This document shows, in pieces, positions 1-10,194 of a stretch of 64,000 bases of DNA (the stretch's first letter is position 1; every line of letters starts with the position of its first letter). The stretch is from an uncultured Acidobacteriota bacterium (GTDB lineage Bacteria; Acidobacteriota; Terriglobia; UBA7540): contig CAWDSK010000003.1 in assembly GCA_963804995.1 (NCBI GenBank), positions 288,001-352,000 of the forward strand, read 5' to 3'. Below the pieces are notes generated by a model. It made no database searches and had not been told where the DNA came from. It worked only from the letters and a program-made list of their open reading frames with translations. A program made the position numbers and the translations under genes.

Positions 1-1
1 C

Positions 2-1063
2 GGTTATACCTTTGAGCGGTGGAAAAAGCTTTCGGGGGAGGCAATTGACCCCTCAAAGTTTCCTTCCACGGGCCATCGCGACCTCGCGGCGCATTGGAGC
101 GAGGACACCAAGAAATCCATCCTTCAAAGGCTCAACTGGGCCCTGGGAGACGAGCCCGCCGGGGTTCGCTTCCCTGCCCGCACCACGCTCAAAACTGGCG
201 AGGTCATGACCGATGGGGGATGGATTGCCATGCAGCTCGGCCGGCCCTTCAAGAACCCATCGATGGGCGCCGTAGGCTTGGCCTATGGAGACGATCTCAA
301 GGCAGACTTCTATTTCCCCGTCGACGCGGACGGCACACCCCAGGGGAACAAATGGCCGGTGGTGATTTGGTTGCACCCTTACTCCTATACGAACGGCTAT
401 TCGCGCGACACCCAACCGACCTTTGTCTCCCTGACCCAGCGCGGATTTGCGGTTCTCGCCTTCGACCAAATCGGCTTCGGCACTCGCGTACGCGATGCGC
501 GCTATTTCTATCAACGCTATCCGAAATGGTCGTTGCTGGGAAAAATGGTTACTGACACACGCGCCGCGCTGGATGCCGTGGCGGCGCTGGAGGTGGTTGA
601 TGCTTCGCGGATATACCTGGTGGGATATGCACTGGGCGCCAAAGTGGGATTGCTAACCGCTGCTTTGGATGACCGGGTCAAAGGTGTCGCAGCAGTCTGC
701 GGCGTTGATCCCTTGCGGCTGAGCACGCGGGAGAAAGGAACCGAGGGTGTGAAACATTACTCTCACCTGCATGGACTCCTGCCTCGCCTCGGATTCTTTG
801 TTGGGCAGGAGGGCCGCTTGCCTTTTGACTTTGACGAGATACTGGCGGCCAATGCGCCCCGGCCTACGCTGGTGGTCGCGCCTACCCTGGATCGCTATGC
901 GCCACTGCACGATGTGCAATTAGAGGTTGAGGAGGCAAAAAAAGTCTACGCGCTTCTGGGGCACGAAGACGCGCTCCGGTTCCAGACGCCATTGGCGTTC
1001 AATTCTTTCACGCCGTCAATGGAGGAGGCCGTCTTCGAGTGGTTGCGTGACGTGCGCGGGTGA
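2..1063 (+). CDS. alpha/beta hydrolase (esterase/dienelactone hydrolase-like), 5' truncated by window edge
   Basis: The frame of ORF 206..1063 stays open back to base 2 (GYTFERWKKL...). It has VVIWLH and GFAVLAFDQIGFG, and GYALG at the nucleophile elbow (Ala in place of Ser). Confidence 0.8.
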   Translation, partial: GYTFERWKKLSGEAIDPSKFPSTGHRDLAAHWSEDTKKSILQRLNWALGDEPAGVRFPARTTLKTGEVMTDGGWIAMQLGRPFKNPSMGAVGLAYGDDLKADFYFPVDADGTPQGNKWPVVIWLHPYSYTNGYSRDTQPTFVSLTQRGFAVLAFDQIGFGTRVRDARYFYQRYPKWSLLGKMVTDTRAALDAVAALEVVDASRIYLVGYALGAKVGLLTAALDDRVKGVAAVCGVDPLRLSTREKGTEGVKHYSHLHGLLPRLGFFVGQEGRLPFDFDEILAANAPRPTLVVAPTLDRYAPLHDVQLEVEEAKKVYALLGHEDALRFQTPLAFNSFTPSMEEAVFEWLRDVRG

Positions 1064-1245
1064 GCGCAGCACACGCGTTGGAGTGGCAAGAGGAAGTGGC
1101 GGCGTGTCGGCGGCTCGTTTGTACGGATTCTTGAGCGAACCATGAATCTACGAATCGGGTCCCTGCCACTCCGCTCAGTGCCCTGCATTTTGTGATGATC
1201 TGGGTCCGGGATAACATTTCCCTGATGGCATGCATCTAATTTTCG

Positions 1246-2064
1246 ATGCATAACTCATTTAGGCATTGGGAACAAACTGGCAAGCGAACTCTTGGGAAAG
1301 GAGTCCGGCGCGTGCTCCCAGCGGCCGCGCTCATACTACTGGCCGTGTCATCAGCGTTCAGTCAGACTGCTGGAGCAGGTGAAACAAGTTCCCAGACGCC
1401 CGACGTGCGGAGCGCCACATCTCCGGCTTCAGTGGCGGACAAGACCCAGGACGATAAGAATCGGCTCAGCGTGAATCCGGTAACCGGACAAGTGACGGCC
1501 ATGGCTTCAGATTACACTCCCTTGACCGGAGACGAACGCTGGAAGCTCTACCTCAAGCAGAGCTTTTGGTCTGTCGGAGCTTACGTGGGCCCTTTGTTCG
1601 CCGCCTTGGCCCTGGACCAGTCGACTGGCAGCCCCAAGGAATGGGGCGGAGGATTCCCTGGTTACGGCCGCAGGGTGGCATCACGCGTGGCCTCTGGTGA
1701 CATCGTTCAAAACAGCTTTCAGTTTCCCGTGGCGGCATTGCTGCATGAGGATGTTCGTTACATCGCGAGTAACCAGCATGGATTCTGCCGCCGGGCGGGA
1801 CACGCCATCCTCTACAGCTTCCTCACCTACAACCCCCAGGGCCACGCGACCCTAAACCTCTCCAACATCGGCGGCTACTACTTTGCCGGCGCCGTCTCCA
1901 CGCTTTGGTTGCCCGGACGTCAAAATGTGGCGTCTTACACCTTAAGCAACGGAAGTGAGGCGCTGGCGCTCAGCGTGCCCGTCAACTTGTTGCAGGAATT
2001 CTGGCCGGAGATCAGCCGCAAAGTGTTGCACCGGAAGACAGCAGCAGGCAGGATTCATCAGTAG
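1246..2064 (+). CDS. hypothetical exported/membrane protein
   Basis: Signal-like hydrophobic stretch, then YTPLTGDERWKLYL...GYGRR...LLHEDVRY...NLSNIGGY, a pattern seen in acidobacterial hypothetical membrane proteins. The true start may be downstream. Confidence 0.65.
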   Translation: MHNSFRHWEQTGKRTLGKGVRRVLPAAALILLAVSSAFSQTAGAGETSSQTPDVRSATSPASVADKTQDDKNRLSVNPVTGQVTAMASDYTPLTGDERWKLYLKQSFWSVGAYVGPLFAALALDQSTGSPKEWGGGFPGYGRRVASRVASGDIVQNSFQFPVAALLHEDVRYIASNQHGFCRRAGHAILYSFLTYNPQGHATLNLSNIGGYYFAGAVSTLWLPGRQNVASYTLSNGSEALALSVPVNLLQEFWPEISRKVLHRKTAAGRIHQ

Positions 2065-2123
2065 GCAGCAAGCGCCGCCGATGAAGGCGTGGTCCGCGCT
2101 ACTTCCCTTATGAAACAACCACC

Positions 2124-3353
2124 TTAGTGCGGCAGCGGCAGGCCGCGCACCGCCCGGAAGGTGTCACGTGCAATCAGGAGCTCTTCGTTGGTGGGGATCA
2201 CCATCACTCGCACGCGGCTAGCGTCCGTTGAGATCTCCCCTTCCTTGCCGGCTATGGTCTCGTTCCGGTTCGCGTCGATCTCGATTCCCAACTCGCGGAG
2301 CCCTGCGCAAGCCAGGGCACGCACGTGGGGCGAATTCTCTCCAATTCCGCCGGTGAAGACCAGGCCATCCACGTGTCCCAGCGTCGCGCTGTAAGCGCCA
2401 ATATACTTCTTGATGCGGTAGCAGAAGACTTCAATCGCCAGCTTCGCCTGTTCGTCACCCTTCGCGGCGGCCGTCATCAGCTCGCGCATGTCGTTCGACT
2501 CCCCTGAGATCCCGTAGAGCCCGCAGAACTTATTAAGCAATGTAGACATATCATGGAGAGTCAATTCGTCTTTTGACATGATGTAGAACAGTGCGGCCGG
2601 GTCGATGTCTCCGCAGCGCGTTCCCATCACCAGGCCCTCCTGGGGGGTGAAACCCATCGAGGTGTCCACCGAGTGGCCTTTGTCAATGGCCGTTATGGAG
2701 CAGCCGTTCCCCAGATGCGCGGTGATCAGGTTCGCCTCGTCGCGCTCCTTGCCGAATATCTGCCGGTAGCGGAACGCCACGTAACGGTGGGATGTGCCGT
2801 GGAACCCGTAACGCCGGATGTGGTACCGCCGGTAATAGGAATAAGGCAATCCATACAGATAGGCGTGCGCCGGGATCGACTGGTGGAATGCCGTATCGAA
2901 CACCGCCACTTGCGGTACCTGCGGCATGACCTTGCGCGCCACGTAATACCCGCGCAGGTTATGCGGATTGTGCAGCGGTGCGAGCTCCACGCAATTTTGG
3001 ATTTCCTGCTCCACGGCCTCGTCAATGACCACGGATGCGGCGAAGCGTTCGCCTCCGTGCACGATGCGATGCCCCACCGCCTGAATCTGCGAGATATCCG
3101 CCACGGCACGGCATTCCTTCAGAACCGCAATCGCCCGGGTCAGAGCCGTCTGGTGGTCAAGAATTTCCTCGGTCGAGGATCTGGCCGGATTGGGCGGCAC
3201 CGTTACCTTCAACGTCGCCTCGTCGGTCCCAATTCGGTCCACACTTCCCTTGGCAATTGACCGGTCCGTGTTGGAATCAATCATCTCGCTATCGGTCTCA
3301 ATCAGTTGGAACTTGATGGAAGAGCTGCCGCAATTCAAAACTAGAATCTTCAT
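2124..3353 (-). CDS. ackA: acetate kinase
   Basis: LVLNCGSSSIKF, GHRIVHGG, LAPLHNP, VAVFDTAFH, RRYGFHGTSH, HLGNGCS, FTGGIGENS, PTNEEL. Confidence 0.97.
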   Translation of the reverse strand: MKILVLNCGSSSIKFQLIETDSEMIDSNTDRSIAKGSVDRIGTDEATLKVTVPPNPARSSTEEILDHQTALTRAIAVLKECRAVADISQIQAVGHRIVHGGERFAASVVIDEAVEQEIQNCVELAPLHNPHNLRGYYVARKVMPQVPQVAVFDTAFHQSIPAHAYLYGLPYSYYRRYHIRRYGFHGTSHRYVAFRYRQIFGKERDEANLITAHLGNGCSITAIDKGHSVDTSMGFTPQEGLVMGTRCGDIDPAALFYIMSKDELTLHDMSTLLNKFCGLYGISGESNDMRELMTAAAKGDEQAKLAIEVFCYRIKKYIGAYSATLGHVDGLVFTGGIGENSPHVRALACAGLRELGIEIDANRNETIAGKEGEISTDASRVRVMVIPTNEELLIARDTFRAVRGLPLPH

Positions 3354-3613
3354 CGGTCACCCCAGAACCTGTCGCTTTCTGAAAAATACTCACAAGGACA
3401 ACTCGTCAGAGTCCCTCAGTCAAAATACTCACTCAATGTGACAGCGCAATATAACACTCTCGACTGATGTGAACAAATCAAGGGCCAAACTTGGCGTCGA
3501 ATTGTCCGTTCGAAATGTGACACGCGGTCAGTTCAGGTCAGATCACACTCATGTAACGGGCCAATCTAAATTGCCTCGCGACCGGGTGTCCGATATCATA
3601 TGGGAATACTAAT

Positions 3614-4546
3614 ATGTTGAAGGGCAACAACTCCGCGCTCGTGCACGTTGAGAATCTGCGCAAGTCGTATGGTTCGCTCCAGGCTCTCGGCGGAATCACC
3701 TTCGAGATCAAGCAAGGTGAAGTCTTTGGACTGCTCGGCCCCAACGGCGCGGGCAAGACGACCACCATCGAAATTCTGGAAGGCCTGCGTCAGCCCGATA
3801 GCGGTACGGTCACCGTGTGCGGGATGGACCCCACGCGTGAGAAGGCGGCGCTTAAGGAGCGGATTGGCGCGCAACTCCAGGCCACGGTTCTTCCCGATAA
3901 GATTCGGGTCGAAGAGGCCCTGCTACTGTTCGCGAGCTTCTATCGCGCCTCGGCCTCGATTGAAATGCTGCTGGACCGTTTTGGCCTCACGGAGAAGCGC
4001 CGCGCCTTTTATGAAAAGCTCTCGGGGGGGCAAAAGCAGCGCCTGGCGCTCGCGCTCGCCCTGGTCAACAATCCCGAGCTGGTATTGCTGGATGAGCCCA
4101 CCGTGGGCCTTGACGCCCAACTGCGCCGCGACATCTACGCGCTCATCGAGCAGTTCCGCTCCGAGGGCCGCACCACCTTGCTGACCACTCACTACATCGA
4201 GGAAGCGGAGCGCCTCTCGGACCGCGTGGCCATTCTCGACCGCGGCCGGATGATTGCCGTGGGTACACCCCGCGAACTGGTTGAGAAATCGGGCAAAGGC
4301 ACGCGCCTGGAAGTGCGCCTGGCCAAACCCGTTTCAACCGACCGCTTGAAACAGCTCGACGCAGTCGTGGATTGCCGCGAAGCCGAGGGCGTGTATTTCC
4401 TGCACGCTCAGCCGCCCGCGCAGGCCGTGGCGGCGCTCGTGCGCTTCCTGGAAACGGAAGGCAATGCCCTGCTCAACCTCCACATCTCGCCGCCCACGCT
4501 TGAAGATGTGTTCGTCGAAATGACCGGGCGGCGGATGGAAGACTAA
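3614..4546 (+). CDS. ABC-2 type transporter ATP-binding protein
   Basis: Walker A GPNGAGKTT, signature LSGGQKQR, Walker B LLDEP, TTHYIEEA, C-terminal PTLEDVF. Confidence 0.95.
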   Translation: MLKGNNSALVHVENLRKSYGSLQALGGITFEIKQGEVFGLLGPNGAGKTTTIEILEGLRQPDSGTVTVCGMDPTREKAALKERIGAQLQATVLPDKIRVEEALLLFASFYRASASIEMLLDRFGLTEKRRAFYEKLSGGQKQRLALALALVNNPELVLLDEPTVGLDAQLRRDIYALIEQFRSEGRTTLLTTHYIEEAERLSDRVAILDRGRMIAVGTPRELVEKSGKGTRLEVRLAKPVSTDRLKQLDAVVDCREAEGVYFLHAQPPAQAVAALVRFLETEGNALLNLHISPPTLEDVFVEMTGRRMED

Positions 4547-4631
4547 CTGAAGAAGTGAGAAGTCAGGAGCCAGGAGTCAGAATAAGACCAGCGGGCTGCT
4601 TGCTTCTGACTTCTGACCTCTGACTACTGTT

Positions 4632-6035
4632 ATGATGCCTGCGGTTCGAATTGCGCTAATGTCGATCAAGTTGGTGATGCGCACCAAGGCCGCGCTCTTT
4701 TTTACTTTCCTCTTTCCCATTGTTTTTCTTTTTGTGTATTCGGGCATCTTCGCGCGCGGTAATCCCGAGACCGTCCTGTATTTTTTTGGCCCGGTGATCA
4801 CCCTCAATATCATGGGGAGCAGCTTTTGGGGATTGGGCATGCAATCAGTTGTGCAGCGCGAGCGTGGCAGCCTGCGCCGCTATCGAATGGCGCCCATCGG
4901 CCCCGGCACCATGGTGTTCAGTAGCCTGCTGGCAAATTATCTGCTGCAACTCCCGACCCTCGCGATACTGGTTTTCTGTGCGACGGTTTTCTTCCACATG
5001 CCGATGAAAATTGGACTGCTCACTCTCCTCGCCCTGGTTACCGTGGGCACTTTCGCCTTTGCGGGTTTCGGCCTGACGATTGCCAGCGTGGCCAACACCA
5101 TGCAGGAAGCGCAAATCTTCAATAATGTCGCGTGGATCACTCTGGTGTTTCTATCCGGAGTGACTTTCCCGCTGCCGCTCCTTCCCCGCTTGGTTCAGCG
5201 TCTCGCCGCCTTCCTGCCCGCCACCTACCTGGTCACGGCGTTTCAAGCCATCATGGTGCGGGGCGATTCGCTCCTCGACCACTGGCTCGAAGTGCTGCTC
5301 CTGCTTATTTCCGGGACCTTCGGCCTGCTCTTTGCCTGGAAGCTTTTCCGCTGGGAGAAAGATGAGAAGATCTCGCGCCGCGCCAAATCCTTCGCCTTGC
5401 TCTTCGTCCTGCCATTTCTCGCCATGGGAATTTGGATGAACACGCGCGGAAATCTGGCCACCAACTGGGAAGAGACTTTCACGCTAATGAGTCACGCCAC
5501 GCTGATCGCGGAACAACCCGCCGCCGCCGCCGAAAGCGAGTTACTCGACGACTTCAAGAATCCCCAGGAGGCTGAAATCCTGCTGGCGCGCTGGCAGATT
5601 TCTACCGACCCCGGTGCGGCCGGCCACTCCCTCGGAGAATTCCAGGTGATTTCACCGGGCGCCGCGGGCACCGAGCATGCCCTGCGCTTCACTGGCCGGG
5701 TTGCTCCCGCCCCGGGCACGGACCACGGGTTTGTTACAGGGCGATATACGTTCTCGATTGCTCCTCGCGCCAAGGGCGTCCGCGGCATCCAATTCGAAGT
5801 GCGCGGCGACAACCGGATTTTCCAGGTCAGTGTCGGGCCCTCTACCCCGACCTCCTCTCGCCCCACGCTCAGCTTTGTCCCCGACTCCGACTGGCAGGCT
5901 GTGCGCCTGCCTGCTGCCTGGCTTGCTAATCCCGAAGTGGCCTCACCCGCCGGCACAACCTGGGCATTCGAGATTACCGTCGATGGGCCCCCCGGCGACT
6001 TCAAGCTCGATCTTGATGAGATATCCCTTTACTAG
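4632..6035 (+). CDS. ABC-2 permease with additional C-terminal soluble beta-rich (CIA30/carbohydrate-binding-like) domain
   Basis: ABC-2 TM core (RERGSLRRY..P, FLSGVTFP, LPATYLV), followed by about 170 aa of soluble domain (LLDDF...GIQFEVRGD...WQAVRLP...LDLDEISLY). Confidence 0.85.
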   Translation: MMPAVRIALMSIKLVMRTKAALFFTFLFPIVFLFVYSGIFARGNPETVLYFFGPVITLNIMGSSFWGLGMQSVVQRERGSLRRYRMAPIGPGTMVFSSLLANYLLQLPTLAILVFCATVFFHMPMKIGLLTLLALVTVGTFAFAGFGLTIASVANTMQEAQIFNNVAWITLVFLSGVTFPLPLLPRLVQRLAAFLPATYLVTAFQAIMVRGDSLLDHWLEVLLLLISGTFGLLFAWKLFRWEKDEKISRRAKSFALLFVLPFLAMGIWMNTRGNLATNWEETFTLMSHATLIAEQPAAAAESELLDDFKNPQEAEILLARWQISTDPGAAGHSLGEFQVISPGAAGTEHALRFTGRVAPAPGTDHGFVTGRYTFSIAPRAKGVRGIQFEVRGDNRIFQVSVGPSTPTSSRPTLSFVPDSDWQAVRLPAAWLANPEVASPAGTTWAFEITVDGPPGDFKLDLDEISLY

Positions 6036-6041
6036 CGCGTT

Positions 6042-6151
6042 GGTAGTGTCTCAGTTTGCTGTAGAGGCGGTGGCATTCATCCCGATCCGATCGGGACGCC
6101 GCCATATGGCGAGGTAAACTCGCCGCTACATCATCAAACTGGGACACTACC
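6042..6151. repeat. composite palindromic element: outer IR GGTAGTGTCTCAGTTTG/CAAACTGGGACACTACC enclosing a GTAG...CTAC REP doublet
   Basis: Inverted repeats read directly. The inner unit recurs at about 19395-19437 and, reversed, at about 41894-41959. Confidence 0.8.
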
Positions 6152-6367
6152 ATCGCGTTGTCCCCGTTGAAGGGACTTTCCAGCAACGTCGCTTCTGCCG
6201 CATGTCCCACCGGACAATTTGTGTGGGCTTTTTCATTTTTGGGCTACCGGTAGCCCAAATGTGTATTTACCCACTTGACAATCCATACTGGGTTTATGAC
6301 ACAATAACACCTAGACAACGTACGCTGCCCTTACGCAGCGTTTTCTTCGCACCCTGGGGAGGTTCGA

Positions 6368-6769
6368 ATGTCTTTAGCTAAACAGCACAAGTTGAGTCGA
6401 GCAAAACTGACTGCAAAACGGTCGAGCAGGCGGCGGCCACGGCGTGAAGTCACACCTTCCGGCAACGCCCCACCGATCAATTTGGAAATACCTCGCGATC
6501 TGAACATGGCCCCAACGGTCAATTTGAAAGGGACACACGATCGGGGCAAGGCGCGGGCTGCGGCAAAACTACGGCCCGTGCTCTACTCACATTCGGTGGA
6601 GGTGACTCTGGCTTCCCCGGGACATGACCCTGCGGACTTCCAACGCCGCCTCGAAGCGCTGATCGACATTTGTCAGCCCGAAAACGCCATGGAGATGGGA
6701 TTGGTGCTGCGTTTAACCCAGCAGATCACCGATTTATTGACAAGCATCAAGCAGGCAGCGCGAAACTAG
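6368..6769 (+). CDS. hypothetical protein
   Basis: 133 aa ORF preceded by GGAGG; no recognisable family. Confidence 0.5.
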   Translation: MSLAKQHKLSRAKLTAKRSSRRRPRREVTPSGNAPPINLEIPRDLNMAPTVNLKGTHDRGKARAAAKLRPVLYSHSVEVTLASPGHDPADFQRRLEALIDICQPENAMEMGLVLRLTQQITDLLTSIKQAARN

Positions 6770-7150
6770 AAAAATATCAAGAATGAAGAGTGGTCCCAAT
6801 AACTTTTTGAAAAGGTTGGAGATAGGCGGGATACCTGAGAAGGTCACACCATTCCAGAACTTGCCAGGAAGCCCCCAGACTCTCCATAAGTCGGGACGCG
6901 TACCGCAACCGCTTCTGGAGACAAGCAGCGGGGACCAAAGATTAGGGTGTGTGCGGATGAGGGGCATACTGTTGCGTCACCCCACGCTCCGCACATCGAC
7001 CCCATCACTTCACCTTTTGGGGCCGACAACGCGCCGGGCCAGCCGAACCTTAAGGACACACCTACCCTCTTTCCACGACGCGTTAGCTTCCAAGGTCTCG
7101 GGAAAGGTAGGGACTACAGGGGACAGGACCGTGTTGGCGGGATCCCGGGA

Positions 7151-7267
7151 CTACCCAATGTCCAGCTTTGTATACTTGCTACCTGACAATTTGCTCCCAC
7201 TGCTCTTAAGAACCGCGAAGAGTGCTCCACCGACAACCAGACCACCAAACACTACGATGATAACCAT
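7151..7267 (-). CDS. putative 38-aa single-TM small protein (MVIIVVFGGLVVGGALFAVLKSSGSKLSGSKYTKLDIG)
   Basis: Not in the ORF track. ATG at 7267, TAG at 7153-7151, GGAGGT 13 nt upstream, 20-residue hydrophobic N-terminus. Confidence 0.4.
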   Translation of the reverse strand: MVIIVVFGGLVVGGALFAVLKSSGSKLSGSKYTKLDIG

Positions 7268-7537
7268 GGGGACAACTTACACCTCCAAATAGATTTCAAC
7301 CAGAACCTTAGACACCGAACAGATGACAAAGGTTCCAATTCCTCGTTTGTTTCAGAGTGCAAGTCAGGGACCATTCACGAGGTGTGGATTTGATGAGCGA
7401 AGACCGGTTCACGAACCTAGAATCGAGCCACGTCTTCACGTGTCGCACCAAGTATCGGGTTTATCCAAGGCAGCTTAAGATCAAGAAAACAAAGGAAGGC
7501 GCCAATGAAAATCGTTCCGGCCATTTATCCCAGGCGG

Positions 7538-7750
7538 TTATGGGGTGCCCAAGTCGCCATGGATCATGGGTTCAACCCAGGACTGAAAGTCCTGCGGGTA
7601 TTCGACCGGCAAAGCGCTGGCGGCGTCAAGCTTTTGCCACTCGTCGGGCGGAAACTCCCACCCCGCCGCGCCCAGATTCTCCTCAAACTGTCCGAGGTTC
7701 GGTGTCGATGAAATTACCGCCTCGCTCGAGATAGGCGTTAAGCATCTCAA
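7538..7750 (-). pseudogene. C-terminal remnant of an aldo/keto reductase
   Basis: GQFEENLGAAGWEFPPDEWQKLDAASALPVEYP matches the typical AKR C-terminus; no N-terminal part is present. Confidence 0.6.
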
Positions 7751-7878
7751 GACGAGGCATTCTCATCGCATCCGGGAACGCGTCGTCCCCCGGGCAGACT
7801 TCCAAAGGTCATCGTGCCCAGACAGATTTCTGAAACCTTCAGCCCGGTACGCCCCAGCAGCCGTATGCGCATGGTAAC

Positions 7879-8406
7879 TTATTTCGCCTTAAAGTCGGCC
7901 GTGGCTTTCAGTGTGCCCCATTCGATAGTGATCGCTCCACCCTTGCCGGCTTTCGCCAGAGTGATCGTGACCATTTCAGCGGGTGCTGCAGGCTTCGATT
8001 CTTTCAAAGGCACAGACGCGAAACACTGCGCAGGATCGGGGGTGGGCTCTCCCCATTGGCCGTGCTGCTTGTCGAAAAGCAGTTTCCAGGAATTATCTTC
8101 CTGCCGCTGCATCCAGATGCTGTATTCCCCGGCGGGGATCGTAACGTCACCAAAAGCCAGATCGATGCCGGTCTTAAAGGTCGTGGAGGTATCGGCACCC
8201 AGCCGCCAAACACCTCCTGCCTTCAACTTGCCGAGCAACTCGTCCGTGGTACGTCCCTTCAGCGAGGGCCGCCCGTACTCAACCGAAACCGTTTTGCCAT
8301 TGAGTGCTATCTGCGATGTGCCGCGAGGATTCTTCTGCGCGAAAGCCGGACCGGCAAGTGCGACCAGCACCAGCATCATCAACATCCCAATCGTAGCTCT
8401 TCTCAT
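7879..8406 (-). CDS. DUF2911-family secreted protein
   Basis: Signal peptide, VEYGRPSLKGR, VWRLGAD, IPAGEYSI, QWG, IEWG. Confidence 0.85.
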   Translation of the reverse strand: MRRATIGMLMMLVLVALAGPAFAQKNPRGTSQIALNGKTVSVEYGRPSLKGRTTDELLGKLKAGGVWRLGADTSTTFKTGIDLAFGDVTIPAGEYSIWMQRQEDNSWKLLFDKQHGQWGEPTPDPAQCFASVPLKESKPAAPAEMVTITLAKAGKGGAITIEWGTLKATADFKAK

Positions 8407-8534
8407 TTCATCCTCCTTCTTAAGACTAAGGCTTGTAGTCTTACCTGAACTTCCCTGCCTCGACGCGAACCATTCCGGGGATCAGGCACGGCATATCTTC
8501 CAGTGCCCCCTTGGGTCCATAGGCCTGGCCGCGT

Positions 8535-9929
8535 CTACGCAAACGTGGCTTCTTTCCCATCCCAAACGACTTTCCGGTTGCCATTGCGGTACGACATGTT
8601 GGCTAGGTGAGCGCCCAGCGCCGCGTTGTGGCCCTCAACGCCAGATTCTTTACTCTTCTTTCGCGTGCGAACACATTCAACGAAAGCCTTCACGTGAAGG
8701 TCACCCGGATCACCAATCACATCGTAGTGCTCATTGGCTTCCGCCGCCCGGCATGTCCCCGGGGACCACTGCTGGCTGAGGTTAAGGAAATTGTTTTGCT
8801 TTACCCAATCCTCTTGCATCTTCCGCGGCCACGTGGCCACTACCCAGTCAGATTCATCGAACGGGTCGTCGGTATAAAAGGAGAGGGCCGTTTCGCTGAT
8901 CTGGACGGTGCCTTTGGTGCCCATGAAGTAGGCGCCAAAACCCTGGCTCGATGCGTTCAGGGTCAGCGAAACGTTGTAGGTGAAATTTGGGTACTCGAAC
9001 AGCGTCTGCACCACGTCCGGAACTTCCGTCTCGGGGTAAATCTTCTTCCAGCGATAGCTGCCCCCGTAGGTGATAGCGCTCCGTGGACAAATCTCATTCA
9101 TGAGATAGTGGAGCGTGGTCAGGTGATGCACTACCAAGTCAGTCTGCAAGCCGCCGGAATAATCCCAATAACACCGCCAACGGAAATAGCGTCGCGGGTC
9201 AAAAGGCCGTTGGGGTGCAGGACCTAGCCAGGTTTTCCAATCGATGGTCTCTTCGTTCCCATCCGGAGCGATGGGATAAAACCAAGCACCGGAAGGCGTA
9301 TTGCGGTTCTCCCAGGCCTTCACCAGCGTGATCTGGCCGCAACGTCCTTCGGTGATCCACTTCTTCGCAAGTTCAGTGAGCGGTGAGTTCACCCACTGGC
9401 TGCCAATCTGCAAGATGCGTCCCGTACGCTTTTCAGCCTCCATGATTTCGAACCCATCCTCGATCTTATAGGTCATGGGCTTTTCGCAATAGACGTCCTT
9501 GCCCGCGTCCAGGGAATCCAGGATCATCTTCTTGTGCCAGTGATCGGGCACGGCGATCAGCACGGCATCAATGTCTTTGCGGTCGAGAACGCGGCGATAA
9601 TCACCCGTGGTTTCGAGCTTCTCGCCAAACACTTCCTGGGCTCGAATCAAGCGGTTCTTGTAGACATCACAGGCGACAACCAGTTCCACACCCCGCGTCA
9701 CGGAGAAGCTGAAGGTATCCTGAAGTGCCCGCGCGCCCATGCCGATCACACCCACCCGCACCTTCTCGCTGGGCGGAACGGGCGACGGGTCCGGCGCAGA
9801 CGCCCACAGAACCTTGCCTCCGCTGCGCAGCGCAACCGTGCCCGTAGTCGTGGCCATTCCTGAGTAACGCATAAAGTCTCTGCGATTCATGGGATTATTT
9901 ATTAATGCCTCCGTGTTGAGATTTCGCAA
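8535..9929 (-). CDS. Gfo/Idh/MocA-family oxidoreductase with Tat signal
   Basis: NRRDF twin-arginine motif, VGVIGMG, IAVPDHWH, DVYCEKPM, WRCYWDYSGGLQTD..VH; start may be the Met of MNRRDF. Confidence 0.9.
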   Translation of the reverse strand: MRNLNTEALINNPMNRRDFMRYSGMATTTGTVALRSGGKVLWASAPDPSPVPPSEKVRVGVIGMGARALQDTFSFSVTRGVELVVACDVYKNRLIRAQEVFGEKLETTGDYRRVLDRKDIDAVLIAVPDHWHKKMILDSLDAGKDVYCEKPMTYKIEDGFEIMEAEKRTGRILQIGSQWVNSPLTELAKKWITEGRCGQITLVKAWENRNTPSGAWFYPIAPDGNEETIDWKTWLGPAPQRPFDPRRYFRWRCYWDYSGGLQTDLVVHHLTTLHYLMNEICPRSAITYGGSYRWKKIYPETEVPDVVQTLFEYPNFTYNVSLTLNASSQGFGAYFMGTKGTVQISETALSFYTDDPFDESDWVVATWPRKMQEDWVKQNNFLNLSQQWSPGTCRAAEANEHYDVIGDPGDLHVKAFVECVRTRKKSKESGVEGHNAALGAHLANMSYRNGNRKVVWDGKEATFA

Positions 9930-10194
9930 AGCCGGAAGTATGGGATCGAGTTTCCTCCGTCCCCAGGTTCATTTCCATCCTGACGAGGCGCGATTATACA
10001 GCCACCGTAAGCGTCGCGCCAGATGTGTCTTGGGGAACCAGTACACCACCTCAACGCAGGCAGGGAAAAGTGCTATGCTCCGCCCGCTAACCTTTAGAAG
10101 CGCCGGTGTGCGGAAAGCTGCCCTGCTCTGCTTGTACCTTATGGCAGCGCCACCTGCGGCTTCTCGGGAGCGCGAATCCGAGGAGGAAAATCCC

